This document shows, one piece after another, positions 23,030 through 34,137 of a stretch of 43,063 bases of DNA (its first letter is position 1; each line of letters opens with the position of its first letter). This DNA comes from Chiloscyllium plagiosum. Taxonomy: Eukaryota. The stretch spans positions 12,126,429 through 12,169,491 of the forward strand of contig NC_057753.1 of NCBI RefSeq assembly GCF_004010195.1, given 5' to 3'. The position numbers and the translations under genes are program-made. The notes beneath the pieces were generated by a model. The model was not told where the DNA came from. It worked only from the letters and a program-made list of their open reading frames with translations, and did no database searches.

Positions 23030-23630
23030 CAACTTGCGCATGCTCCAGATCGCAATGGGTGGCGGGGTGGGGTGGGATCCGGTTGATTGACGGCACGTCC
23101 TGGCCGATAGGAAGAGGGGCTGGCGCTGTAACCCCGCCCTCCGCCGGCGAGTGTGATCCTCTAACCAATCAGAGCGAGGGGGCCGTACCAGGTTGACTGA
23201 CCGCCGCTGGGGACCAATAGGAAGCTGGGGACGCCGCTGCAGGACCAACCTCCCGGTCCTCCAAACCAATGGGAGCGAGGGGGCGGGCCCCGGCGCGGGC
23301 ACGCGACCCGGACCTGGCGCTCGCGCAGTATCGCGGTGACCGCGCAGCGCTCGGGAGTGCGGCTGCTGAAGGATGAAAAGGAGACGGTGGAAGGTGAGGT
23401 AACGGCGAGCTGAGGATTGACTGGAGCGTGACCGTGCCCGTGCGGATTTCGTAAACGTTTGAGGCAGGTGTGTAGCTGTGGATCAGAAGCTCGCATTCCC
23501 CTATTCGGACCCTCCCGGTGGATGGGCTGCGGGCCTTGAGCGGGGCTGGGCCCAGGCTGAGCGTCGCCATCTTTGTCGGGGGCGCTGTTCGACCGAGCGT
23601 GTGCTGGGCAGCCATCTTTGTAGGGGGCAA
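23030..23630 (+). promoter_or_regulatory. CpG-island promoter and first exon of ZNF-B
   Basis: NRF1-like tgcgcatg (~23035); CCAAT at 23165, 23214, 23266; GC box ~23280; candidate donors aag/gtgagg or gag/gtaacg (~23394-23400); YY1-like GCCATCTTTG at 23566 and 23611. Confidence 0.75.
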
Positions 23631-24139
23631 AGGGCACTGGGGGCTGGTGGATTCCCAAAGAGCAAACTCAGAAAGTGAGGGCAAAGAGGGGTTCGAGGTG
23701 GACTGTCTTTGGGACCAGTTTGCGGATGTTTGCGAACAAGTGAACAAAAAAGAAAACTTGCTGCTGCTGCTGCTAAACTTTAAATGCTCAAGTGTTGTTA
23801 TTCCTGGACAGGCGACTTTTGTAAAAACCCTTTTTGTTGGTTTTTGAAAAGGAACAACTTTTATACACGGAAAATTCAAATCGAACTTCACATCCAGACC
23901 TGACCGAGCCGGTCCATTCATCTGGACCCAATAATCTTACAACTTTCTGGAAGTAGAAATATCCTTCTGGTTCTTCTTCGAGAAATCCAGCGCATCAGGC
24001 GAACCGTCGATACGCTCACACCCAACACTGACTGTGATAAGAGCTTTCAACAGTTGCATGGCCTAAGAAAATCATCACAGCACTTGCACTGCGGAAGAAG
24101 CGCTGCATTGCAGACGAGTGTTCAATTCGATTATCTAAC

Positions 24140-24901
24140 ATGGAAAGACAAAAGGACACAGGCGCTACAGAGAAACCGTGGAAATGCGGGGACTGTGGGA
24201 AGGGATTCAGTTACCCGTCCAAGCTGGAAGCTCATCGACGTAGTCACACCGGGGAGAGGCCATTCACCTGCTCCGACTGCGGGAAGGGGTTCACTCAGCT
24301 CTCCACTCTGCTGTCACATCAGCGAGTTCACACTGGGGCTCGACCGTTCACCTGCTCTGTGTGTGGGAAGGGTTTCGCCAAGTCCTCCACCCTCACTGAG
24401 CACCAGCGAGTTCACACCGGGGAGAGGCCGTTCAGTTGCTCTCACTGCGGGAAGAGATTCGGACGATCGTCCAACCTCACTGAGCATCTCCGCATTCACA
24501 CAGGGGACAGGCCGTTCACCTGCCCTGTGTGCGGTAAAGGATTCACTTGTTTAACCAACCTGACGTCACACCAACTTATTCACACCAATAAGCGACCCTT
24601 TCAATGTTCTGACTGTGACTCCAGCTTTAAAAGCACCAGGGACCTGCTGACTCACCAACGCAGTCACACTGGGGAGAAGCCCTTCATCTGCTCCGAGTGT
24701 GGGAAGGGATTCACTCATACGTCCAACCTGCTGGCTCACCAGCGACGCCACACTGGAGAGAGGCCGTTCAGTTGCTCCAAGTGCGAAAAACGGTTTCGTC
24801 GCTCGTCTGACGTGCTGAGTCACCAGCGAGCTCACATGGGCAGGATGCGTTCAGCTTCTCTGTTTGTGGGAGGGGAGTCATTGAGTCAGCCCACCTCCTG
24901 A
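24140..24901 (+). CDS. Tandem C2H2 zinc-finger protein, 8 intact fingers, 253 aa (ZNF-B)
   Basis: Open ORF; [26 protein letters not shown] plus 7 more fingers; C-terminal tail is a frameshifted ninth finger. Confidence 0.92.
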   Translation: MERQKDTGATEKPWKCGDCGKGFSYPSKLEAHRRSHTGERPFTCSDCGKGFTQLSTLLSHQRVHTGARPFTCSVCGKGFAKSSTLTEHQRVHTGERPFSCSHCGKRFGRSSNLTEHLRIHTGDRPFTCPVCGKGFTCLTNLTSHQLIHTNKRPFQCSDCDSSFKSTRDLLTHQRSHTGEKPFICSECGKGFTHTSNLLAHQRRHTGERPFSCSKCEKRFRRSSDVLSHQRAHMGRMRSASLFVGGESLSQPTS

Positions 24902-25140
24902 CCTACCCATGAGTTCCGAAGCTATTATCCTGCTCCGTGCGTGGGAAAGGATCCACTGATTCATCCAACCCACCAGAGTATTCACACCGGAGGCACAATG
25001 CTCCTGCTCTGAATGTGGGAGAGAATTTATTTAATTGATGTACCAGTGAGTTCACACTGAAGGGAGACGCTTCACTTGCTCATTGTTTTGGATGGGATTC
25101 ACTCAGTCATCACACCTGAGATACTAGCACGTTCACGATA
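24840..25140 (+). pseudogene. About 4 decayed zinc fingers in the ZNF-B tail/3' UTR
   Basis: tctgtttgtgggagggga, tgctccgtgcgtgggaaagga, tgctctgaatgtggga, ttcacttgc..ggattcactcagtcatc, with stops and indels. Confidence 0.75.
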
Positions 25141-25195
25141 AAAAAGACAAACAGCGACTTGCACTTTGCTCTTGGTCACATCCAGGACTGAATTA

Positions 25196-25613
25196 TCTTA
25201 GAATCCCAACAGTGTGGAAGTAGGCCATTTGGCCCATCGAGTCCACACTGACCGTCCAAAGAGCATCCCACCAGACCCATCCCCTATCTCTAACCCTGCA
25301 TTTTCTATGGGTAATACACCTAACCTTCACATCCCTGGATGCTGTGGGCAATTTAGCATAGCCAATCCACCCTAACGTGCACATCCCTGGGTACTATGGG
25401 TAATTTAGCATAGCCAATCCACCTAACCTGCACATCCCTGGGCACTATGGCCAATCCACCTTAATCCGCACATCTATGGACTGTGGGAGGAAACCCACGC
25501 AGACATAGGGAGATGTGCAAACTGCACACAGACAGTCGCCCGAGGCTGGAATCGAACCTGGGTCTCTAGCGTCGCGAGGCAATGGTGCTAATCACTGAGC
25601 CATTGTGCTGCCC
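25196..25613 (-). mobile_element. HE1-type V-SINE with internal tandem units
   Basis: Head at 25613; ~52-bp unit about 3 times. Confidence 0.85.
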
Positions 25614-25779
25614 AATTGAGCCACATGCTGTGAATTATGTTATTGGGGTTTATTTCTGCTGTTTTGAAGGAACTCCAGCCCCAGGTGCGGGTGTTAGTTT
25701 TCTGGAAGACATTTCCTCTCATCAGTTTTGTGTTAAATACAGTGTGCCTATTCTTTTTCCTAAAGGTCTCTAAAACCTG

Positions 25780-26490
25780 TCCATATCCAAATGCAGACGA
25801 TATCTCTGCTTGGGATGATAAGTGACAAGTAACATTTGTGCCACACAAATGCCTGGCAGTGACCATCTACGACAAGAGACAATCTGACCATTGCGTGCAA
25901 AGGCATGAGGGTTATGACCTTGCTGAATTCCCCCACTGTTGAGATGTCAGGAATTACCATTGACCAGACACTAAAACTGGACTTGCCATAGATGTACGGG
26001 AACTGGTCAGAGGCTGGGAATCTTGCAGTGAGTAACTTGTTCTCCACAGCTCGTCCGCGATCTACAAGGTGTATTTCAGGAGTGTAATGGAATGCTCTTC
26101 ACTTTTCTGCATGCATGCAGCTCCATCAACACTGAAGAGGCTTGTACCATGTAGGACAAAATGTCTTGCTTGATTGGCACCACATTCCATTCACTCCACT
26201 GGCGCGCAACAGCACCAGTGTGTGCAATATGCACTGCCTAAATTCCCCAAGGCTCCTTTAAACAGCACCTTCCAAACCCACGGTGACAATTACCTGGAAG
26301 GACATGGTCATCCAGTACGCCACCTGCAAGTTCCCCCATCCAAGCCACTCCCCGTGCTTCGGTGTCACTGGGTCAAAGACCTGGAGCTCCTTCCTGTTTA
26401 GCATTATGGGTTAATACACCCTCCAGAATTGACTACCACGGTTCAAAAAAAGACAGCTCACCATCGTTTTCTGATGAGCAATAAATGGAC
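25780..26490 (+). mobile_element. Non-LTR retrotransposon 3' fragment (CR1/L2 group); related copy at ~41360-42030
   Basis: Both share atctacaagg..caggagtgt.atggaat and a gcaataaat.ctgg-type tail. Confidence 0.6.
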
Positions 26491-27523
26491 CTCCTCGAAA
26501 TTTCAATTTAACGTTGATCTCGCTGTTTGCGCACCTTCACTGCAGTCATGACATTGTATTCGTTACTGTGTTCTATGACTCTAATGCGTTTTGTATGGTG
26601 CAGTCTACCTGTACTGCACACAAAACAAAACTTTTCACTGTACCTAGGTACATGTGACAACAACAAATCAAACAAAAAAAAAAAATGCTGACCCAGCCAA
26701 TGAAGCCCACATGTAACGAGTGAATTTAAAAAATTTAAAAAAAAGTTGTTGAATCCATTGAAATGGAAATGGCGCGCTGAGGAAATTTTAAGAAAAGTCT
26801 CGAGGTATCTAAAGAGACTTGAGGTTGCTGCTTTTCCAAGATAACTGGTAGGCTGCGTGCCGCCCAGCCTGGACTCAGCAGATTCTGCAGAGGTGTGCTG
26901 TCGTGGTGCCACCCTCGCAACCCAGATCGGATTTGTGCCGTTGTTGGCCGGAGATCAGGCCGCTTCCGAGAAGGAGAGGAGCTTAAATTTCTGCTGAGGC
27001 CATACAGCACAGGAACAGACCCTTGGGTCCAACACGTCCGTGCCAACCAGACATCCTGAATTAATCTAGCCAGCATTTGGTCCATTTCCCTTTAAACCCT
27101 GAGGAAGACACCGTTTCAAGGACCTTGTGCCTGAGAATGCTCACTAAAATCTGAACGGACTGTTGGGCCAATACATTGACTCTGTTGTATCTGCCATTCA
27201 GTGGGTAATTTAGTTTGTAACTGACCACGATTTGCCTGTTCATGTGTTTACCAGATGCTAATTCTTAGTGTTTTTTTTTTATTGAGGGATTTTTAGTGTT
27301 TGTCTTATTGGTTCTTGTGTATAGTTAAAAAGAAACACATTGGTTTAAAACCCATGGAATCTTGTAGCTGCTTTATCGTATTTAATAGTAAATAGCCTGG
27401 ATTTCACGTTTGTCTGTGTTAAAAGATGCTATTGATATTTACCAGGATCGTAATACTGTGTAAGAATCAAAAGGACTGGGTGATGCTGCCAATCAGGAAC
27501 CAGCACAAAGTGCAGGGAAGTTC

Positions 27524-27660
27524 AGCATCTGTGGGGAGAAATCAGAGTTTATGTTAAGTCAGTTTCTGAGGAGAGGTCACTGGACCAGAAACGTTAACTC
27601 TGCTTTCTCTCCACGAATGCTGCCAGATCAGCTGAGCCTTTCCAGTAATTTCTGTGTTTA
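27524..27660 (+). mobile_element. Penelope-like tail (fourth family) with hammerhead and an inverted partial copy
   Basis: agttt-CTGAGGA-ga-GGTC-actg-GACC-a-GAAACGTT-aact (27561-27599); 27524-27556 is an inverted copy of 27590-27622. Confidence 0.65.
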
Positions 27661-27744
27661 TTCATAATACTGTCTAATTGCTTAGCGCAGTAAGTGCACT
27701 GGGACGCATTTTCTTCGGTTTGTGTCCGTGTCTATTTATCTGCC

Positions 27745-28012
27745 CGGACGGCCCGGTGGCTCAGTGGTTAGCACTGATGCCTCACAGCGCCGGAACCCAG
27801 GTTCGATTCCAGCCTCGGGTGACTGTGTGGGTTTCCTCTGGGTTCTCCGGTTTTCCCCCTCAATCCAAAGACGTGCAGGTCAGGGTGAATTGGCCGTGCT
27901 AAATTGCCCGTGGTGCTAGGTGCATTAGTCAGAGGGAAATGGGTCTGTGTGGGTTACTCTTCGGAGGGTCGGTGTGGACTTGTTGGGCCGAAGGGCCTGT
28001 TTCCACACTGCA
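27745..28012 (+). mobile_element. HE1-type V-SINE
   Basis: tRNA head, internally deleted V-domain, tail. Confidence 0.9.
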
Positions 28013-28279
28013 GGCGATGTAACCTTATCTGTTGTTCCATTCGCACTGAGGTGTAAAATCCTTTCTTTCAGATGGAACAGACAATCATTCTCCTGATGAT
28101 TGTCAGATCCCAGGTGAATCAAGTAACTCTGTCAGATCCTGACATGCTGTTTGGTTTGGATTTTGGGTAGTTAAAAGCACAATGAAAGTTGCCAATGACT
28201 GGGAATCCAGACCAGGTAAAAAGTTTAAGGATACAAGGTGTCGGCTGTTTAGGATAGCGATGAGAGGAAATTTAGGGTC

Positions 28280-29190
28280 ACCGAGATGTACAACACGGAA
28301 ACAGACCCTTCGGTCCGTGTCGTCCATGCCAACCACTTATCCGAAAATAATCTTGTCCCGTTTGCCAGCATTTGTCCCATATCCCTCTAAATCCTACCCG
28401 TTCATGTATGCAGCCAGATACCTTCTAAATGTTCTAATTGTATCAGCCTTGATCACCTACTCTGGTAGTTTGTTCCATACACAGCAGCAGCTTCTGCGTG
28501 AAAAAGTTGCCACTTAACTCCCTTTTTTTTTTAAATCTTTCCCCTCTCACCTGAAACCTGTGCCCTCTAGTTTTGGACTCCCCTACCCTGGGGAAAAAAA
28601 AGATCTTGGTTACTCACCCTATCTATGCCTCTCATGATTTTATAAGCCTCAGTAAGGTCAGCACGGTGGCTCAGTGGGTTAGCACGGCTGCCTCACAGCA
28701 CCAGGGACCCAGGTTCGATTCCAGCCTCGGGCAATTGTCTGTGAGGGGTTTGCACATTCTGCCCGTGTCTGCGTGGGTTTCCTCCGGGTGCTCCGGTTTT
28801 CTCTCGCGGTCCAAAGATGTGCAGTTCAGGTGAACTGGCCACGCTAAATTGCCCATTAGGTGCATTAGTCCGAGGGAAATGGGTCTGGGTGGGTTACTCT
28901 TCGGAGAGTCTGTGTGGACCTGTTGGGCCAAATGGCCTGTTTCCACACTGTAGGGAATCTAATCTAAAGGTCACCCCTCAGCCTCCTATGCTCCAGTGAA
29001 AATAGCCCCAGCCCTTTATAGCTTTTCCCTCTCTCTCAACCCCTCCAACCCTGGCAACACCATTGTAAATCTTTTTTGAACCCTTTCAAGTTTCACAACA
29101 TTTTCTCTATAGCAGGAAGACCAGAATTGAATGCAGTATTCAAAAAGTGGCCTAAACAATGTCTTCTGTAGCTGCAGCATGACCTCCTTA
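28280..29190 (-). mobile_element. CR1 3' fragment with nested HE1 SINE (28660-28966, +, TSD aaggtca)
   Basis: LQLQKTLFRPLFEYCIQFWSS..KLERVQKRFT; SINE flanked by aaggtca. Confidence 0.85.
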
Positions 29191-29219
29191 CTCCTATTCT
29201 CACCCTCATCCCAATATAA

Positions 29220-31382
29220 CCCTGGGTCAACGAATTCTGTACGCATTGCGACATTGAAGTTTTCTTCCTCCACCTCTGTGAGGCTTCCACCCACCCTCTG
29301 AAGACCCCTTCTCCCAGCTCCAACATACTCCATCCTCTGCGACACCCCATGCTGGCCTCTTACCGTTTCTTGACCTCTTTGTCTCCAACTGCCATTGTGA
29401 CATTGACTACCTCAACCTGTCTACCCCGCTCACTCACCGCAACCTTTCACTCTCACAACATGTAGCCCTCCACTCCCTCCGCTCCAACCCCAACTTCACC
29501 ATCAAACCAGCAGAAAAGGTGAGGGGGGGGGGGGCGCTGTGGTAGTTTGGCGCACCAACCTCTACCTTGCTGAAGCCAGACACCAACTCACGGACACCAC
29601 CTCCTACTGCTCCCTCGACCACGACCCTACCTCTCATCACCAAACTATCATCTCCAGGGCCGTCCACAACCTCATCAGATCAGGGGATTTCCCATCCACA
29701 GCCTCCAACCTCCCCAACCCTGCACTGCCCTGTTTCACCTCTTACCCAAAATCCACAGATCTGACTTCCCCGGTCGACCTATTGTCTCCCTCTGCTCCTG
29801 CCCCAATGAACTCATCTCCTTATAGTTCAACTCCATCCTGTCTCCCTTGGTCCAGCACGTCCCCACATATGTTCGGGACACCATCCACATCCTCCATGAC
29901 TTTCGATTCTCCGGTCCTCATCTTCACCATGGATATCCATGTCCGATACATGTCCAACCACCATGGCGAAGGCCTCCAAGCCCTCTCCTGCCAATCAGTA
30001 CCCCTCCACCGATACACTCATTCAATTGGCAGAACTGGTCCTCCCCCTCAACAGCTTCTCCTTCAAATCCTCCCACTGCCTTCAGACCAAAGGGGCAACC
30101 ATGGCCACCTGTGTGGGACCCAGCTACACCTGCCTCTTCTACAGTTATCGTCGGCAGCATCCTGCACCTTTTCCTCGGCTATATCGATGACTGTGTTGGC
30201 ACCTCTGACTGTGCTCTCAGAAAGAGGTTGAACAGATCATCAACTTCACCAACACCTTCCACTCTGACCTTAAGTTGACGTGGACCATTCAAGAGACCTC
30301 CCTCCCCTTCCTGGACATCTCCGGTCACCGACTCGACATGGACATCAATTTCAAACCCGCCGACTCCCACAGCCACCTTGACTACACCTCCTTCCACCCT
30401 CTTCCCCCCCTCCCCCCCCTTCTGTAAAAATGTGATTCCTTATTCCCAATTCCTCTGCTTCCATTGTAATTCCACTCTAGGACATTCCAGATGTCCTGCT
30501 AATTCAGGGACCAAAGTTTCCCCTCCCACATGATCAGCAATACCCTCCAGCAGCGTATCTCCTTCACTTCCCGCATCTCTGCCCTCGAACTGCCCCACCC
30601 AACCACAACTAGGATAGAACCCTCTTGGTCTTCACCTTCCAGCCCACTCTTCTCTGGATACAGCACATGCATGTCCACCATTTCCACCACCTATAATCAG
30701 ACCCCACCACCAAGGATATATTTCCCTCCCCACCCTTAATGGCGTTCCTCAGAGACCATTTCCCCGGCAAGTCCCTTGTTAGGTTCACACCCCTCCCCCA
30801 AACCACCCTCCACACCCAGCACCTAACTGCCGCACAAGGTGTAAAACCTGCGCCCACATCCAAGGCCCCCAAATGATCTTTTCACATCCAGTAGAGATTT
30901 TCCTGTACATACACCCATCTCATCTACTGTGGCTGTAGCTCTCGATGTGGTCTCCTTTACATCAGGGAGACAGGGCGCCAACTCGCGGAACGTTTCAGGG
31001 AACACCTTTGGGACACAAACACCAAACAACCCCACCTGTGGCCAACAACGTCAACTCCCCCCTCCCACTCTGCCAAGGGCATGCAAGTCCTGGTCCGCCT
31101 CCACCGCCAAATCAAAGCCACCTGCCAACTGGAGGAAAAACGCCTCATCTTCCGCCTTGGGATCCTCCAACCACACGGCATCAACATCGATCGACCTCAC
31201 CAGTTTCCAAATCTTCCCCTCCCCCTATCCCTCAGCTCCTTCGCCCTCCATATTCCTGATGAAGGGGTGGTGCAGGAAATGTCGACTCTCCTGCTCCTTG
31301 GATGCTGCCTGACCTGTTTTGCTTTTCCAGCACCACCCTTTTTGACTCTGCCTCTCCAGCATCTGCAGTCCTCATTTTCTCT
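29220..31382 (+). mobile_element. Decayed Penelope-like retroelement: RT, GIY-YIG endonuclease and hammerhead-bearing tail
   Basis: TIKPAEK..GAVVVW; IFTMDI; KGATMATCVGPSYTCLF; FLGYIDD; YIRETGRQLAERFREHL; LEEKRLIFRLGILQPHGINI; attcCTGATGA..GAAAtGTC at 31252-31286. Confidence 0.9.
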
Positions 31383-31725
31383 TGTATGGAGTGCATTGAT
31401 CAGTAAAGGCAAGCATTCCAACTGCCTCCGTCACTACCCTGTTTAACAATGGCTCCACTTTCAAGGAACAATGAACCTGCACCCCAAGGTCTCTTTGTTC
31501 AGCAACACTCCCAAAGACCTTCCCATTAAGTTTATAAGTCCTGCCCTGATTTGTCTTTCCAAAATGCAACACCTCACATTTATCTAAATTAAACTCCAAC
31601 TGCCACTCCTCGGCCCATTTGCCCATATGATTGAGATCTCGTTGTACTCTGAGGTAACCATCTTCTCTGTCCACTACTCCTCCAAGTTTGGTGTAATCTG
31701 CAAAATTACTAACCATACCTCCTAT
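31383..31725 (-). mobile_element. CR1 RT fragment
   Basis: NFADYTKLGG..WAEEWQLEFNLDKCEVLHFG..QRDLGVQV. Confidence 0.9.
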
Positions 31726-32739
31726 AGCTCTTGACACAGCAACTGATAAGCCTGTGGAGTTTCTGTCGCAGGAAGTGGTTGAGTCCAAAATATTGAATGT
31801 TTTCTGGAGGTGTTAATTATAGATCTTGGGGTTAAAGAGATCAAAAGTCATAGGAAGAAAACAAGAACGCTGTACTCAGTTGGTTGATCAGCTATGATCA
31901 TCTTGAATGGCTTATTTCTACAGTGAAAGTAGTATACAGAGCTTACTCCTTTGGAATGGTGTTCTGCAAAGTGCCGACTGGGACCCCAATTGTGATTGTG
32001 TGTTCCAAGGCAGCATTAACCACGATGGAGGTTGGAGCCAGCTCCCGAACAACCAAGCTCAGATGGACAGGCGCAGAGGCCACCACCTCCACCACTATCC
32101 GTGTACCTTTCGTCACTTTTTCAACTGACCGGTAGCACCCTCCTTATCTTCTCCTGGTTTTTTTTCCCTCCAGTTCTCCAGCTCAGAAAGCTTCAGTTTC
32201 ACAGTCCTGCATTGCTGTCATCAATATATCACCCAGGCTCATCCTTTATGACTGGAGTTAACAAACTGTTTTGTCAAGTGCGGCATCCCTCACACTCCAA
32301 TCCAGTGACTACTTGTCCATTTTTTTTCTTTTTTTTTCTTTTTTAAAAAATCTTTACTACCCCCATGTAACTACTATGTAACTGCGGTAGTGCTTATATT
32401 TTCCCCAGCACCCCAGTTGTGTGTGTGCAGGTGTGAGACACAGTGAAAGACAACAGGTGTACAAATATTTATTCAATATCCACCCCCTCGAAGAAAGGAA
32501 ACACTCAAGTGGCCAGTGACGAGCAGTGCCGTTCACAGAGGGCATTGCTGCATGATTAAACAGTGAAGGGGAGGGCAGGGATTAAATCAAGATAGAGTTG
32601 GAGGGGGAAGTAACACACTCCAATACGTACGTGCTTTATTGGGTGACTGCGCACTGCGTTTCCATATTTCGTCCTTGACTCGTTACCTGTTGGACTGTCA
32701 TCCAGGGTAGTGTGATTTTTGAACGTGTGTGTGTGTCAC

Positions 32740-32950
32740 CTCTTGCATAATATGGCCGTAGCACCCACAAGACACCGCGCCAGTGAAACCGCTCTATGCG
32801 GCACCCAGGCGGTGGCCCGGAATTGCGCATGTCGCAGTGGGGTGAAGCGCGGCGTCTCTCAGTTGACGGGTTGCATCGCTGCCCAACAGGAAACCTTGGA
32901 GGACCGGAAGCAAGCCGGTCCTCCAGCCAATCAGGATGCCGCTATTGTCT
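32740..32950 (+). promoter_or_regulatory. Third CpG-rich promoter resembling the ZNF-B promoter, no CDS visible
   Basis: ttgcgcatgtcgca (32823); ggacc..ccggtcctccagCCAATcag matches 23241-23270. Confidence 0.5.
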
Positions 32951-33637
32951 GAATGCGGACATTGGATGATGAGTTACTGGTGGTCAGGCTTTTGGTTCCT
33001 CTGTGACTGAAAGCGCATTGAGCTTCACCCAGACCGAAAATTCTTCCTTTGTCCATCATCTGTGAGCATTAACATTATTTTCTTTTTCTACTTCTCATTT
33101 TTTTTCTCCCTCTCATTCCGGGATTAAATTGTTGATTTGCAAGAATTGAAGAGTAGGAAAGTGAACCCAGAGAGGGTGCAGACTCTGAAAGGGTTGGCCC
33201 AAATCTCCCATCCTTGAGAAGACCTCCTTTTGCTCCCTCAGCTTGACACGTTTGTTGGTCTGGCTAACAGAATGGGGTCTTTTTTTTTTAATGTTCACAA
33301 TTAAAAGGGGTGGTTTCCTAGAAACGAGATGACATGTTACATGAAAATGACATTAAGATATGTGTCATTGTACTATATTGTACACATTTGATATCATTCA
33401 GTTATAACATTCGTGTTATTGTTTCTACTCCTGAATGAGAATTGTTTTGAAATTCTCTATTTTAATGATGGACTTGTTATGGCACTAGAATCCATGCTGA
33501 CTCTTAAGCTATCCAGTCACTCTTATTCCCTCTCTATATCCCTCTCACCCTGCACGTTCATGTCCCTCAACTACTCGTCAAACTTAATTTTGAAGTCATT
33601 GTTGAATTTTTTTTAAAATTTTGAATCGATTGTTTGA

Positions 33638-34137
33638 NNNNNNNNNNNNNNNNNNNNNNNNNNNNNNNNNNNNNNNNNNNNNNNNNNNNNNNNNNNNNNN
33701 NNNNNNNNNNNNNNNNNNNNNNNNNNNNNNNNNNNNNNNNNNNNNNNNNNNNNNNNNNNNNNNNNNNNNNNNNNNNNNNNNNNNNNNNNNNNNNNNNNNN
33801 NNNNNNNNNNNNNNNNNNNNNNNNNNNNNNNNNNNNNNNNNNNNNNNNNNNNNNNNNNNNNNNNNNNNNNNNNNNNNNNNNNNNNNNNNNNNNNNNNNNN
33901 NNNNNNNNNNNNNNNNNNNNNNNNNNNNNNNNNNNNNNNNNNNNNNNNNNNNNNNNNNNNNNNNNNNNNNNNNNNNNNNNNNNNNNNNNNNNNNNNNNNN
34001 NNNNNNNNNNNNNNNNNNNNNNNNNNNNNNNNNNNNNNNNNNNNNNNNNNNNNNNNNNNNNNNNNNNNNNNNNNNNNNNNNNNNNNNNNNNNNNNNNNNN
34101 NNNNNNNNNNNNNNNNNNNNNNNNNNNNNNNNNNNNN
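33638..34137. other. Assembly gap of exactly 500 N
   Basis: N run; round length suggests a placeholder of unknown true size. Confidence 0.98.

Noticed and set aside
23161-23921. 165-250 aa minus-strand ORFs over the CpG island (similar ones at 15541-15996)
   Set aside because: Expected from stop-poor GC-rich promoter DNA; no recognisable protein features
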